Source: the human T2T-CHM13v2.0 reference genome, Homo sapiens. From it: 64,000 nt of DNA. Below, one piece after another: positions 28,001 to 43,000 of this stretch. The notes beneath the pieces are model-generated. The model did not search any database. It was not told where the DNA came from and was given only the letters and a program-made list of their open reading frames with translations. Every line of letters begins with the position of its first letter. The stretch's first letter is position 1. Position numbers and translations under genes: made by a program. The stretch is from NCBI RefSeq assembly GCF_009914755.1, contig NC_060925.1. One strand, written 5' to 3'.

Positions 28001-31000
28001 TTCTGCCGTTGACCTTAAAGCGCTTGAAATCTACACTTGCAAATTGCACAAATAGAGTGTTTCAAATCTGCTCTGTCTAAGGGAACGTTCAACTCTGTGA
28101 GTTGAATGCACACAACACAAGGAAGTTACTGGGAATTCTTCTGTCTAGCCTTACATGAAAAAACCCGTTTCCAACGAAGGCCTCTAAGTGGTCAAAATAT
28201 CCACGTGCAGACTTTACAAACAGAGTGTTTCCAAACCGCTGAATGAAAAGAAAAGTTGAACTCTGAGAGTTGAACGCACACATCACGCAGCAGTTTCTGA
28301 GAATGATTCTGTCTAGTTTTTATACGAAGATATTTCCTTTTCTGCCTTTGGCCCCAAAGCGCTTGAAATCTCCACTTGCAAATTCCACAAAAACAGTGTT
28401 TCAAATCTGCTCTCTCTAAATGAAAGTTCAACTCTGTCAGTTGAATACACACAACACAAGGAAGTTACTGAGAATTCTTCTGTCTAGCAGAATATGAAGA
28501 AATCCCGTTTCCAACGAAGGCCTCAAAGGGGTCTGAATATCCACTTGCAGACTTTATAAACAGAGTGTTTACTAACTGCTCTATGAAAAGAAAGGTTAAA
28601 CTCTGTGAGTTGAACACACACATCACAAAGGAGTTTCTGAGAATCATTCTGTCTAGTTTTTCTACGAAGATATTTCCTTTTCTACTATTGACCTCAAAGC
28701 GGCTGAAATCTCCACTTGCAAATTCCACAAAAAGAGTGTTTCAAGTCTGCTCTGTGTAAAGGATCGTTCAACTCTGTGAGTTGAATACACACAACACAAG
28801 GAAGTTTCTGAGAAATATTCTGTCTAGCAGAATATGAAGAAATCCCGTTTCCAACGAAGGCCTCAAGGAGGTCTGAATATCCACTTGCAGACTTTACAAA
28901 CAGAGTGTTTCCTAACTGCTCTATGAAAAGAAAGGTTAAACTCTGTGAGTTGAACGCACACATCACAAAGGAGTTTATGAGAATCATTCTGTCTAGTTTC
29001 TATAGGAAGATATTTCCTATTCTACCATTGACCTCAAAGCGGCTGAAATCTCCACTTGCAAATTCCACAAAAAGAGTGTTTCAAGTCTGCTCTCTGTAAA
29101 GGATCGTTCAACTCTGTGAGTTGAATACACACAACACAAGGAAGTTTCTGAGAAATATTCTGTCTAGCAGAATATGAAGAAATCCCGTTTCCAACGAAGG
29201 TCTCAAAGAGGTCTGAATATCCACTTGCAGACTTTACAAACAGAGTGTTTCCTAACTGCTCTATGAAAAGAAAGGTTAAACTCTGTGAGTTGAACGCACA
29301 CATCACAAAGGAGTTTATGAGAATCATTCTGTCTAGTTTCTATAAGAAGATACTTCCTATTCTACCATTGACCTCAAAGCGGCTGAAATCTCCACTTGCA
29401 AATTCGACAAAAAGAGTGTTTCAAGCCTGCTCTCTGTAAAGGATCCTTCAACTCTGTGAGTTGAATACACACAACACAAGGAAGTTACTGAGAATTATTC
29501 TGTCTAGCATAATATGAAGAAATCCCGTTTCCAACGAAGGCCTCAAAGAGGTCTGAATATCCACTTGCAGACTTTACAAACAGAGTGTTTCCTAACTGCT
29601 CTATGAGAAGAAAAGTTAAACTCTGTGAGTTGAACGCACACATCACAAAAGATTTTCTGAGAATCATTCTGTCTAGTCTTTATATGAAGATAGTTTCCTT
29701 TTCTACCATTGACCTCAAAGCGGCTGAAATCTCCACTTGCAAATTCCACAAAAAGAGTGTTTCAAGTCTGCTCTGTGTAAAGGATCGTTCAACTCTGTGA
29801 GTTGAATACACACAACACAAGGAAGTTACTGAGAATTCTTCTGTCTAGCAGAATAGGAAGAAATCCCGTTTCCAACGAAGGCCACAAGATGTCAGAATAT
29901 CCACTTACAGACTTTACAAACAGAGTGTTTCCTAACTGCTCTATGAACAGAAAGGTTAAACTCTGTGAGTTGAACGAACACATCACAACGCAGTTTGTGG
30001 GAATGATTCTGTCTAGTTTTGAAACGAAGATATTTCCTTTTCTGCCGTTGACCTTAAAGCGCTTGAAATCTACACTTGCAAATTGCACAAATAGAGTGTT
30101 TCAAATCTGCTCTGTCTAAGGGAACGTTCAACTCTGTGAGTTGAATGCACACAACACAAGGAAGTTACTGGGAATTCTTCTGTCTAGCCTTACATGAAAA
30201 AACCCGTTTCCAACGAAGGCCTCTAAGTGGTCAAAATATCCACGTGCAGACTTTACAAACAGAGTGTTTCCAAACCGCTGAATGAAAAGAAAAGTTGAAC
30301 TCTGAGAGTTGAACGCACACATCACGCAGCAGTTTCTGAGAATGATTCTGTCTAGTTTTTATACGAAGATATTTCCTTTTCTGCCTTTGGCCCCAAAGCG
30401 CTTGAAATCTCCACTTGCAAATTCCACAAAAACAGTGTTTCAAATCTGCTCTCTCTAAATGAAAGTTCAACTCTGTCAGTTGAATACACACAACACAAGG
30501 AAGTTACTGAGAATTCTTCTGTCTAGCATAATATGAAGAAATCCCGTTTCCAACGAAGGCCTCAAAGGGGTCTGAATATCCACTTGCAGACTTTATAAAC
30601 AGAGTGTTTACTAACTGCTCTATGAAAAGAAAGGTTAAACTCTGTGAGTTGAACACACACATCACAAAGGAGTTTCTGAGAATCATTCTGTCTAGTTTTT
30701 CTACGAAGATATTTCCTTTTCTACTATTGACCTCAAAGCGGCTGAAATCTCCACTTGCAAATTCCACAAAAAGAGTGTTTCAAGTCTGCTCTGTGTAAAG
30801 GATCGTTCAACTCTGTGAGTTGAATACACACAACACAAGGAAGTTTCTGAGAAATATTCTGTCTAGCAGAATATGAAGAAATCCCGTTTCCAACGAAGGC
30901 CTCAAGGAGGTCTGAATATCCACTTGCAGACTTTACAAACAGAGTGTTTCCTAACTGCTCTATGAAAAGAAAGGTTAAACTCTGTGAGTTGAACGCACAC

Positions 31001-34000
31001 ATCACAAAGGAGTTTATGAGAATCATTCTGTCTAGTTTCTATAGGAAGATATTTCCTATTCTACCATTGACCTCAAAGCGGCTGAAATCTCCACTTGCAA
31101 ATTCCACAAAAAGAGTGTTTCAAGTCTGCTCTCTGTAAAGGATCGTTCAACTCTGTGAGTTGAATACACACAACACAAGGAAGTTTCTGAGAAATATTCT
31201 GTCTAGCAGAATATGAAGAAATCCCGTTTCCAACGAAGGTCTCAAAGAGGTCTGAATATCCACTTGCAGACTTTACAAACAGAGTGTTTCCTAACTGCTC
31301 TATGAAAAGAAAGGTTAAACTCTGTGAGTTGAACGCACACATCACAAAGGAGTTTATGAGAATCATTCTGTCTAGTTTCTATAAGAAGATACTTCCTATT
31401 CTACCATTGACCTCAAAGCGGCTGAAATCTCCACTTGCAAATTCGACAAAAAGAGTGTTTCAAGCCTGCTCTCTGTAAAGGATCCTTCAACTCTGTGAGT
31501 TGAATACACACAACACAAGGAAGTTACTGAGAATTATTCTGTCTAGCATAATATGAAGAAATCCCGTTTCCAACGAAGGCCTCAAAGAGGTCTGAATATC
31601 CACTTGCAGACTTTACAAACAGAGTGTTTCCTAACTGCTCTATGAGAAGAAAAGTTAAACTCTGTGAGTTGAACGCACACATCACAAAAGATTTTCTGAG
31701 AATCATTCTGTCTAGTCTTTATATGAAGATAGTTTCCTTTTCTACCATTGACCTCAAAGCGGCTGAAATCTCCACTTGCAAATTCCACAAAAAGAGTGTT
31801 TCAAGTCTGCTCTGTGTAAAGGATCGTTCAACTCTGTGAGTTGAATACACACAACACAAGGAAGTTACTGAGAATTCTTCTGTCTAGCAGAATAGGAAGA
31901 AATCCCGTTTCCAACGAAGGCCACAAGATGTCAGAATATCCACTTACAGACTTTACAAACAGAGTGTTTCCTAACTGCTCTATGAACAGAAAGGTTAAAC
32001 TCTGTGAGTTGAACGAACACATCACAACGCAGTTTGTGGGAATGATTCTGTCTAGTTTTGAAACGAAGATATTTCCTTTTCTGCCGTTGACCTTAAAGCG
32101 CTTGAAATCTACACTTGCAAATTGCACAAATAGAGTGTTTCAAATCTGCTCTGTCTAAGGGAACGTTCAACTCTGTGAGTTGAATGCACACAACACAAGG
32201 AAGTTACTGGGAATTCTTCTGTCTAGCCTTACATGAAAAAACCCGTTTCCAACGAAGGCCTCTAAGTGGTCAAAATATCCACGTGCAGACTTTACAAACA
32301 GAGTGTTTCCAAACCGCTGAATGAAAAGAAAAGTTGAACTCTGAGAGTTGAACGCACACATCACGCAGCAGTTTCTGAGAATGATTCTGTCTAGTTTTTA
32401 TACGAAGATATTTCCTTTTCTGCCTTTGGCCCCAAAGCGCTTGAAATCTCCACTTGCAAATTCCACAAAAACAGTGTTTCAAATCTGCTCTCTCTAAATG
32501 AAAGTTCAACTCTGTCAGTTGAATACACACAACACAAGGAAGTTACTGAGAATTCTTCTGTCTAGCATAATATGAAGAAATCCCGTTTCCAACGAAGGCC
32601 TCAAAGGGGTCTGAATATCCACTTGCAGACTTTATAAACAGAGTGTTTACTAACTGCTCTATGAAAAGAAAGGTTAAACTCTGTGAGTTGAACACACACA
32701 TCACAAAGGAGTTTCTGAGAATCATTCTGTCTAGTTTTTCTACGAAGATATTTCCTTTTCTACTATTGACCTCAAAGCGGCTGAAATCTCCACTTGCAAA
32801 TTCCACAAAAAGAGTGTTTCAAGTCTGCTCTGTGTAAAGGATCGTTCAACTCTGTGAGTTGAATACACACAACACAAGGAAGTTTCTGAGAAATATTCTG
32901 TCTAGCAGAATATGAAGAAATCCCGTTTCCAACGAAGGCCTCAAGGAGGTCTGAATATCCACTTGCAGACTTTACAAACAGAGTGTTTCCTAACTGCTCT
33001 ATGAAAAGAAAGGTTAAACTCTGTGAGTTGAACGCACACATCACAAAGGAGTTTATGAGAATCATTCTGTCTAGTTTCTATAGGAAGATATTTCCTATTC
33101 TACCATTGACCTCAAAGCGGCTGAAATCTCCACTTGCAAATTCCACAAAAAGAGTGTTTCAAGTCTGCTCTCTGTAAAGGATCGTTCAACTCTGTGAGTT
33201 GAATACACACAACACAAGGAAGTTTCTGAGAAATATTCTGTCTAGCAGAATATGAAGAAATCCCGTTTCCAACGAAGGTCTCAAAGAGGTCTGAATATCC
33301 ACTTGCAGACTTTACAAACAGAGTGTTTCCTAACTGCTCTATGAAAAGAAAGGTTAAACTCTGTGAGTTGAACGCACACATCACAAAGGAGTTTATGAGA
33401 ATCATTCTGTCTAGTTTCTATAAGAAGATACTTCCTATTCTACCATTGACCTCAAAGCGGCTGAAATCTCCACTTGCAAATTCGACAAAAAGAGTGTTTC
33501 AAGCCTGCTCTCTGTAAAGGATCCTTCAACTCTGTGAGTTGAATACACACAACACAAGGAAGTTACTGAGAATTATTCTGTCTAGCATAATATGAAGAAA
33601 TCCCGTTTCCAACGAAGGCCTCAAAGAGGTCTGAATATCCACTTGCAGACTTTACAAACAGAGTGTTTCCTAACTGCTCTATGAGAAGAAAAGTTAAACT
33701 CTGTGAGTTGAACGCACACATCACAAAAGATTTTCTGAGAATCATTCTGTCTAGTCTTTATATGAAGATAGTTTCCTTTTCTACCATTGACCTCAAAGCG
33801 GCTGAAATCTCCACTTGCAAATTCCACAAAAAGAGTGTTTCAAGTCTGCTCTGTGTAAAGGATCGTTCAACTCTGTGAGTTGAATACACACAACACAAGG
33901 AAGTTACTGAGAATTCTTCTGTCTAGCAGAATAGGAAGAAATCCCGTTTCCAACGAAGGCCACAAGATGTCAGAATATCCACTTACAGACTTTACAAACA

Positions 34001-37000
34001 GAGTGTTTCCTAACTGCTCTATGAACAGAAAGGTTAAACTCTGTGAGTTGAACGAACACATCACAACGCAGTTTGTGGGAATGATTCTGTCTAGTTTTGA
34101 AACGAAGATATTTCCTTTTCTGCCGTTGACCTTAAAGCGCTTGAAATCTACACTTGCAAATTGCACAAATAGAGTGTTTCAAATCTGCTCTGTCTAAGGG
34201 AACGTTCAACTCTGTGAGTTGAATGCACACAACACAAGGAAGTTACTGGGAATTCTTCTGTCTAGCCTTACATGAAAAAACCCGTTTCCAACGAAGGCCT
34301 CTAAGTGGTCAAAATATCCACGTGCAGACTTTACAAACAGAGTGTTTCCAAACCGCTGAATGAAAAGAAAAGTTGAACTCTGAGAGTTGAACGCACACAT
34401 CACGCAGCAGTTTCTGAGAATGATTCTGTCTAGTTTTTATACGAAGATATTTCCTTTTCTGCCTTTGGCCCCAAAGCGCTTGAAATCTCCACTTGCAAAT
34501 TCCACAAAAACAGTGTTTCAAATCTGCTCTCTCTAAATGAAAGTTCAACTCTGTCAGTTGAATACACACAACACAAGGAAGTTACTGAGAATTCTTCTGT
34601 CTAGCATAATATGAAGAAATCCCGTTTCCAACGAAGGCCTCAAAGGGGTCTGAATATCCACTTGCAGACTTTATAAACAGAGTGTTTACTAACTGCTCTA
34701 TGAAAAGAAAGGTTAAACTCTGTGAGTTGAACACACACATCACAAAGGAGTTTCTGAGAATCATTCTGTCTAGTTTTTCTACGAAGATATTTCCTTTTCT
34801 ACTATTGACCTCAAAGCGGCTGAAATCTCCACTTGCAAATTCCACAAAAAGAGTGTTTCAAGTCTGCTCTGTGTAAAGGATCGTTCAACTCTGTGAGTTG
34901 AATACACACAACACAAGGAAGTTTCTGAGAAATATTCTGTCTAGCAGAATATGAAGAAATCCCGTTTCCAACGAAGGCCTCAAGGAGGTCTGAATATCCA
35001 CTTGCAGACTTTACAAACAGAGTGTTTCCTAACTGCTCTATGAAAAGAAAGGTTAAACTCTGTGAGTTGAACGCACACATCACAAAGGAGTTTATGAGAA
35101 TCATTCTGTCTAGTTTCTATAGGAAGATATTTCCTATTCTACCATTGACCTCAAAGCGGCTGAAATCTCCACTTGCAAATTCCACAAAAAGAGTGTTTCA
35201 AGTCTGCTCTCTGTAAAGGATCGTTCAACTCTGTGAGTTGAATACACACAACACAAGGAAGTTTCTGAGAAATATTCTGTCTAGCAGAATATGAAGAAAT
35301 CCCGTTTCCAACGAAGGTCTCAAAGAGGTCTGAATATCCACTTGCAGACTTTACAAACAGAGTGTTTCCTAACTGCTCTATGAAAAGAAAGGTTAAACTC
35401 TGTGAGTTGAACGCACACATCACAAAGGAGTTTATGAGAATCATTCTGTCTAGTTTCTATAAGAAGATACTTCCTATTCTACCATTGACCTCAAAGCGGC
35501 TGAAATCTCCACTTGCAAATTCGACAAAAAGAGTGTTTCAAGCCTGCTCTCTGTAAAGGATCCTTCAACTCTGTGAGTTGAATACACACAACACAAGGAA
35601 GTTACTGAGAATTATTCTGTCTAGCATAATATGAAGAAATCCCGTTTCCAACGAAGGCCTCAAAGAGGTCTGAATATCCACTTGCAGACTTTACAAACAG
35701 AGTGTTTCCTAACTGCTCTATGAGAAGAAAAGTTAAACTCTGTGAGTTGAACGCACACATCACAAAAGATTTTCTGAGAATCATTCTGTCTAGTCTTTAT
35801 ATGAAGATAGTTTCCTTTTCTACCATTGACCTCAAAGCGGCTGAAATCTCCACTTGCAAATTCCACAAAAAGAGTGTTTCAAGTCTGCTCTGTGTAAAGG
35901 ATCGTTCAACTCTGTGAGTTGAATACACACAACACAAGGAAGTTACTGAGAATTCTTCTGTCTAGCAGAATAGGAAGAAATCCCGTTTCCAACGAAGGCC
36001 ACAAGATGTCAGAATATCCACTTACAGACTTTACAAACAGAGTGTTTCCTAACTGCTCTATGAACAGAAAGGTTAAACTCTGTGAGTTGAACGAACACAT
36101 CACAACGCAGTTTGTGGGAATGATTCTGTCTAGTTTTGAAACGAAGATATTTCCTTTTCTGCCGTTGACCTTAAAGCGCTTGAAATCTACACTTGCAAAT
36201 TGCACAAATAGAGTGTTTCAAATCTGCTCTGTCTAAGGGAACGTTCAACTCTGTGAGTTGAATGCACACAACACAAGGAAGTTACTGGGAATTCTTCTGT
36301 CTAGCCTTACATGAAAAAACCCGTTTCCAACGAAGGCCTCTAAGTGGTCAAAATATCCACGTGCAGACTTTACAAACAGAGTGTTTCCAAACCGCTGAAT
36401 GAAAAGAAAAGTTGAACTCTGAGAGTTGAACGCACACATCACGCAGCAGTTTCTGAGAATGATTCTGTCTAGTTTTTATACGAAGATATTTCCTTTTCTG
36501 CCTTTGGCCCCAAAGCGCTTGAAATCTCCACTTGCAAATTCCACAAAAACAGTGTTTCAAATCTGCTCTCTCTAAATGAAAGTTCAACTCTGTCAGTTGA
36601 ATACACACAACACAAGGAAGTTACTGAGAATTCTTCTGTCTAGCAGAATATGAAGAAATCCCGTTTCCAACGAAGGCCTCAAAGGGGTCTGAATATCCAC
36701 TTGCAGACTTTATAAACAGAGTGTTTACTAACTGCTCTATGAAAAGAAAGGTTAAACTCTGTGAGTTGAACACACACATCACAAAGGAGTTTCTGAGAAT
36801 CATTCTGTCTAGTTTTTCTACGAAGATATTTCCTTTTCTACTATTGACCTCAAAGCGGCTGAAATCTCCACTTGCAAATTCCACAAAAAGAGTGTTTCAA
36901 GTCTGCTCTGTGTAAAGGATCGTTCAACTCTGTGAGTTGAATACACACAACACAAGGAAGTTTCTGAGAAATATTCTGTCTAGCAGAATATGAAGAAATC

Positions 37001-40000
37001 CCGTTTCCAACGAAGGCCTCAAGGAGGTCTGAATATCCACTTGCAGACTTTACAAACAGAGTGTTTCCTAACTGCTCTATGAAAAGAAAGGTTAAACTCT
37101 GTGAGTTGAACGCACACATCACAAAGGAGTTTATGAGAATCATTCTGTCTAGTTTCTATAGGAAGATATTTCCTATTCTACCATTGACCTCAAAGCGGCT
37201 GAAATCTCCACTTGCAAATTCCACAAAAAGAGTGTTTCAAGTCTGCTCTCTGTAAAGGATCGTTCAACTCTGTGAGTTGAATACACACAACACAAGGAAG
37301 TTTCTGAGAAATATTCTGTCTAGCAGAATATGAAGAAATCCCGTTTCCAACGAAGGTCTCAAAGAGGTCTGAATATCCACTTGCAGACTTTACAAACAGA
37401 GTGTTTCCTAACTGCTCTATGAAAAGAAAGGTTAAACTCTGTGAGTTGAACGCACACATCACAAAGGAGTTTATGAGAATCATTCTGTCTAGTTTCTATA
37501 AGAAGATACTTCCTATTCTACCATTGACCTCAAAGCGGCTGAAATCTCCACTTGCAAATTCGACAAAAAGAGTGTTTCAAGCCTGCTCTCTGTAAAGGAT
37601 CCTTCAACTCTGTGAGTTGAATACACACAACACAAGGAAGTTACTGAGAATTATTCTGTCTAGCATAATATGAAGAAATCCCGTTTCCAACGAAGGCCTC
37701 AAAGAGGTCTGAATATCCACTTGCAGACTTTACAAACAGAGTGTTTCCTAACTGCTCTATGAGAAGAAAAGTTAAACTCTGTGAGTTGAACGCACACATC
37801 ACAAAAGATTTTCTGAGAATCATTCTGTCTAGTCTTTATATGAAGATAGTTTCCTTTTCTACCATTGACCTCAAAGCGGCTGAAATCTCCACTTGCAAAT
37901 TCCACAAAAAGAGTGTTTCAAGTCTGCTCTGTGTAAAGGATCGTTCAACTCTGTGAGTTGAATACACACAACACAAGGAAGTTACTGAGAATTCTTCTGT
38001 CTAGCAGAATAGGAAGAAATCCCGTTTCCAACGAAGGCCACAAGATGTCAGAATATCCACTTACAGACTTTACAAACAGAGTGTTTCCTAACTGCTCTAT
38101 GAACAGAAAGGTTAAACTCTGTGAGTTGAACGAACACATCACAACGCAGTTTGTGGGAATGATTCTGTCTAGTTTTGAAACGAAGATATTTCCTTTTCTG
38201 CCGTTGACCTTAAAGCGCTTGAAATCTACACTTGCAAATTGCACAAATAGAGTGTTTCAAATCTGCTCTGTCTAAGGGAACGTTCAACTCTGTGAGTTGA
38301 ATGCACACAACACAAGGAAGTTACTGGGAATTCTTCTGTCTAGCCTTACATGAAAAAACCCGTTTCCAACGAAGGCCTCTAAGTGGTCAAAATATCCACG
38401 TGCAGACTTTACAAACAGAGTGTTTCCAAACCGCTGAATGAAAAGAAAAGTTGAACTCTGAGAGTTGAACGCACACATCACGCAGCAGTTTCTGAGAATG
38501 ATTCTGTCTAGTTTTTATACGAAGATATTTCCTTTTCTGCCTTTGGCCCCAAAGCGCTTGAAATCTCCACTTGCAAATTCCACAAAAACAGTGTTTCAAA
38601 TCTGCTCTCTCTAAATGAAAGTTCAACTCTGTCAGTTGAATACACACAACACAAGGAAGTTACTGAGAATTCTTCTGTCTAGCATAATATGAAGAAATCC
38701 CGTTTCCAACGAAGGCCTCAAAGGGGTCTGAATATCCACTTGCAGACTTTATAAACAGAGTGTTTACTAACTGCTCTATGAAAAGAAAGGTTAAACTCTG
38801 TGAGTTGAACACACACATCACAAAGGAGTTTCTGAGAATCATTCTGTCTAGTTTTTCTACGAAGATATTTCCTTTTCTACTATTGACCTCAAAGCGGCTG
38901 AAATCTCCACTTGCAAATTCCACAAAAAGAGTGTTTCAAGTCTGCTCTGTGTAAAGGATCGTTCAACTCTGTGAGTTGAATACACACAACACAAGGAAGT
39001 TTCTGAGAAATATTCTGTCTAGCAGAATATGAAGAAATCCCGTTTCCAACGAAGGCCTCAAGGAGGTCTGAATATCCACTTGCAGACTTTACAAACAGAG
39101 TGTTTCCTAACTGCTCTATGAAAAGAAAGGTTAAACTCTGTGAGTTGAACGCACACATCACAAAGGAGTTTATGAGAATCATTCTGTCTAGTTTCTATAG
39201 GAAGATATTTCCTATTCTACCATTGACCTCAAAGCGGCTGAAATCTCCACTTGCAAATTCCACAAAAAGAGTGTTTCAAGTCTGCTCTCTGTAAAGGATC
39301 GTTCAACTCTGTGAGTTGAATACACACAACACAAGGAAGTTTCTGAGAAATATTCTGTCTAGCAGAATATGAAGAAATCCCGTTTCCAACGAAGGTCTCA
39401 AAGAGGTCTGAATATCCACTTGCAGACTTTACAAACAGAGTGTTTCCTAACTGCTCTATGAAAAGAAAGGTTAAACTCTGTGAGTTGAACGCACACATCA
39501 CAAAGGAGTTTATGAGAATCATTCTGTCTAGTTTCTATAAGAAGATACTTCCTATTCTACCATTGACCTCAAAGCGGCTGAAATCTCCACTTGCAAATTC
39601 GACAAAAAGAGTGTTTCAAGCCTGCTCTCTGTAAAGGATCCTTCAACTCTGTGAGTTGAATACACACAACACAAGGAAGTTACTGAGAATTATTCTGTCT
39701 AGCATAATATGAAGAAATCCCGTTTCCAACGAAGGCCTCAAAGAGGTCTGAATATCCACTTGCAGACTTTACAAACAGAGTGTTTCCTAACTGCTCTATG
39801 AGAAGAAAAGTTAAACTCTGTGAGTTGAACGCACACATCACAAAAGATTTTCTGAGAATCATTCTGTCTAGTCTTTATATGAAGATAGTTTCCTTTTCTA
39901 CCATTGACCTCAAAGCGGCTGAAATCTCCACTTGCAAATTCCACAAAAAGAGTGTTTCAAGTCTGCTCTGTGTAAAGGATCGTTCAACTCTGTGAGTTGA

Positions 40001-43000
40001 ATACACACAACACAAGGAAGTTACTGAGAATTCTTCTGTCTAGCAGAATAGGAAGAAATCCCGTTTCCAACGAAGGCCACAAGATGTCAGAATATCCACT
40101 TACAGACTTTACAAACAGAGTGTTTCCTAACTGCTCTATGAACAGAAAGGTTAGACTCTGTGAGTTGAACGAACACATCACAACGCAGTTTGTGGGAATG
40201 ATTCTGTCTAGTTTTGAAACGAAGATATTTCCTTTTCTGCCGTTGACCTTAAAGCGCTTGAAATCTACACTTGCAAATTGCACAAATAGAGTGTTTCAAA
40301 TCTGCTCTGTCTAAGGGAACGTTCAACTCTGTGAGTTGAATGCACACAACACAAGGAAGTTACTGGGAATTCTTCTGTCTAGCCTTACATGAAAAAACCC
40401 GTTTCCAACGAAGGCCTCTAAGTGGTCAAAATATCCACGTGCAGACTTTACAAACAGAGTGTTTCCAAACCGCTGAATGAAAAGAAAAGTTGAACTCTGA
40501 GAGTTGAACGCACACATCACGCAGCAGTTTCTGAGAATGATTCTGTCTAGTTTTTATACGAAGATATTTCCTTTTCTGCCTTTGGCCCCAAAGCGCTTGA
40601 AATCTCCACTTGCAAATTCCACAAAAACAGTGTTTCAAATCTGCTCTCTCTAAATGAAAGTTCAACTCTGTCAGTTGAATACACACAACACAAGGAAGTT
40701 ACTGAGAATTCTTCTGTCTAGCATAATATGAAGAAATCCCGTTTCCAACGAAGGCCTCAAAGGGGTCTGAATATCCACTTGCAGACTTTATAAACAGAGT
40801 GTTTACTAACTGCTCTATGAAAAGAAAGGTTAAACTCTGTGAGTTGAACACACACATCACAAAGGAGTTTCTGAGAATCATTCTGTCTAGTTTTTCTACG
40901 AAGATATTTCCTTTTCTACTATTGACCTCAAAGCGGCTGAAATCTCCACTTGCAAATTCCACAAAAAGAGTGTTTCAAGTCTGCTCTGTGTAAAGGATCG
41001 TTCAACTCTGTGAGTTGAATACACACAACACAAGGAAGTTTCTGAGAAATATTCTGTCTAGCAGAATATGAAGAAATCCCGTTTCCAACGAAGGCCTCAA
41101 GGAGGTCTGAATATCCACTTGCAGACTTTACAAACAGAGTGTTTCCTAACTGCTCTATGAAAAGAAAGGTTAAACTCTGTGAGTTGAACGCACACATCAC
41201 AAAGGAGTTTATGAGAATCATTCTGTCTAGTTTCTATAGGAAGATATTTCCTATTCTACCATTGACCTCAAAGCGGCTGAAATCTCCACTTGCAAATTCC
41301 ACAAAAAGAGTGTTTCAAGTCTGCTCTCTGTAAAGGATCGTTCAACTCTGTGAGTTGAATACACACAACACAAGGAAGTTTCTGAGAAATATTCTGTCTA
41401 GCAGAATATGAAGAAATCCCGTTTCCAACGAAGGTCTCAAAGAGGTCTGAATATCCACTTGCAGACTTTACAAACAGAGTGTTTCCTAACTGCTCTATGA
41501 AAAGAAAGGTTAAACTCTGTGAGTTGAACGCACACATCACAAAGGAGTTTATGAGAATCATTCTGTCTAGTTTGTATAAGAAGATACTTCCTATTCTACC
41601 ATTGACCTCAAAGCGGCTGAAATCTCCACTTGCAAATTCGACAAAAAGAGTGTTTCAAGCCTGCTCTCTGTAAAGGATCCTTCAACTCTGTGAGTTGAAT
41701 ACACACAACACAAGGAAGTTACTGAGAATTATTCTGTCTAGCATAATATGAAGAAATCCCGTTTCCAACGAAGGCCTCAAAGAGGTCTGAATATCCACTT
41801 GCAGACTTTACAAACAGAGTGTTTCCTAACTGCTCTATGAGAAGAAAAGTTAAACTCTGTGAGTTGAACGCACACATCACAAAAGATTTTCTGAGAATCA
41901 TTCTGTCTAGTCTTTATATGAAGATAGTTTCCTTTTCTACCATTGACCTCAAAGCGGCTGAAATCTCCACTTGCAAATTCCACAAAAAGAGTGTTTCAAG
42001 TCTGCTCTGTGTAAAGGATCGTTCAACTCTGTGAGTTGAATACACACAACACAAGGAAGTTACTGAGAATTCTTCTGTCTAGCAGAATAGGAAGAAATCC
42101 CGTTTCCAACGAAGGCCACAAGATGTCAGAATATCCACTTACAGACTTTACAAACAGAGTGTTTCCTAACTGCTCTATGAACAGAAAGGTTAAACTCTGT
42201 GAGTTGAACGAACACATCACAACGCAGTTTGTGGGAATGATTCTGTCTAGTTTTGAAACGAAGATATTTCCTTTTCTGCCGTTGACCTTAAAGCGCTTGA
42301 AATCTACACTTGCAAATTGCACAAATAGAGTGTTTCAAATCTGCTCTGTCTAAGGGAACGTTCAACTCTGTGAGTTGAATGCACACAACACAAGGAAGTT
42401 ACTGGGAATTCTTCTGTCTAGCCTTACATGAAAAAACCCGTTTCCAACGAAGGCCTCTAAGTGGTCAAAATATCCACGTGCAGACTTTACAAACAGAGTG
42501 TTTCCAAACCGCTGAATGAAAAGAAAAGTTGAACTCTGAGAGTTGAACGCACACATCACGCAGCAGTTTCTGAGAATGATTCTGTCTAGTATTTATACGA
42601 AGATATTTCCTTTTCTGCCTTTGGCCCCAAAGCGCTTGAAATCTCCACTTGCAAATTCCACAAAAACAGTGTTTCAAATCTGCTCTCTCTAAATGAAAGT
42701 TCAACTCTGTCAGTTGAATACACACAACACAAGGAAGTTACTGAGAATTCTTCTGTCTAGCATAATATGAAGAAATCCCGTTTCCAACGAAGGCCTCAAA
42801 GGGGTCTGAATATCCACTTGCAGACTTTATAAACAGAGTGTTTACTAACTGCTCTATGAAAAGAAAGGTTAAACTCTGTGAGTTGAACACACACATCACA
42901 AAGGAGTTTCTGAGAATCATTCTGTCTAGTTTTTCTACGAAGATATTTCCTTTTCTACTATTGACCTCAAAGCGGCTGAAATCTCCACTTGCAAATTCCA

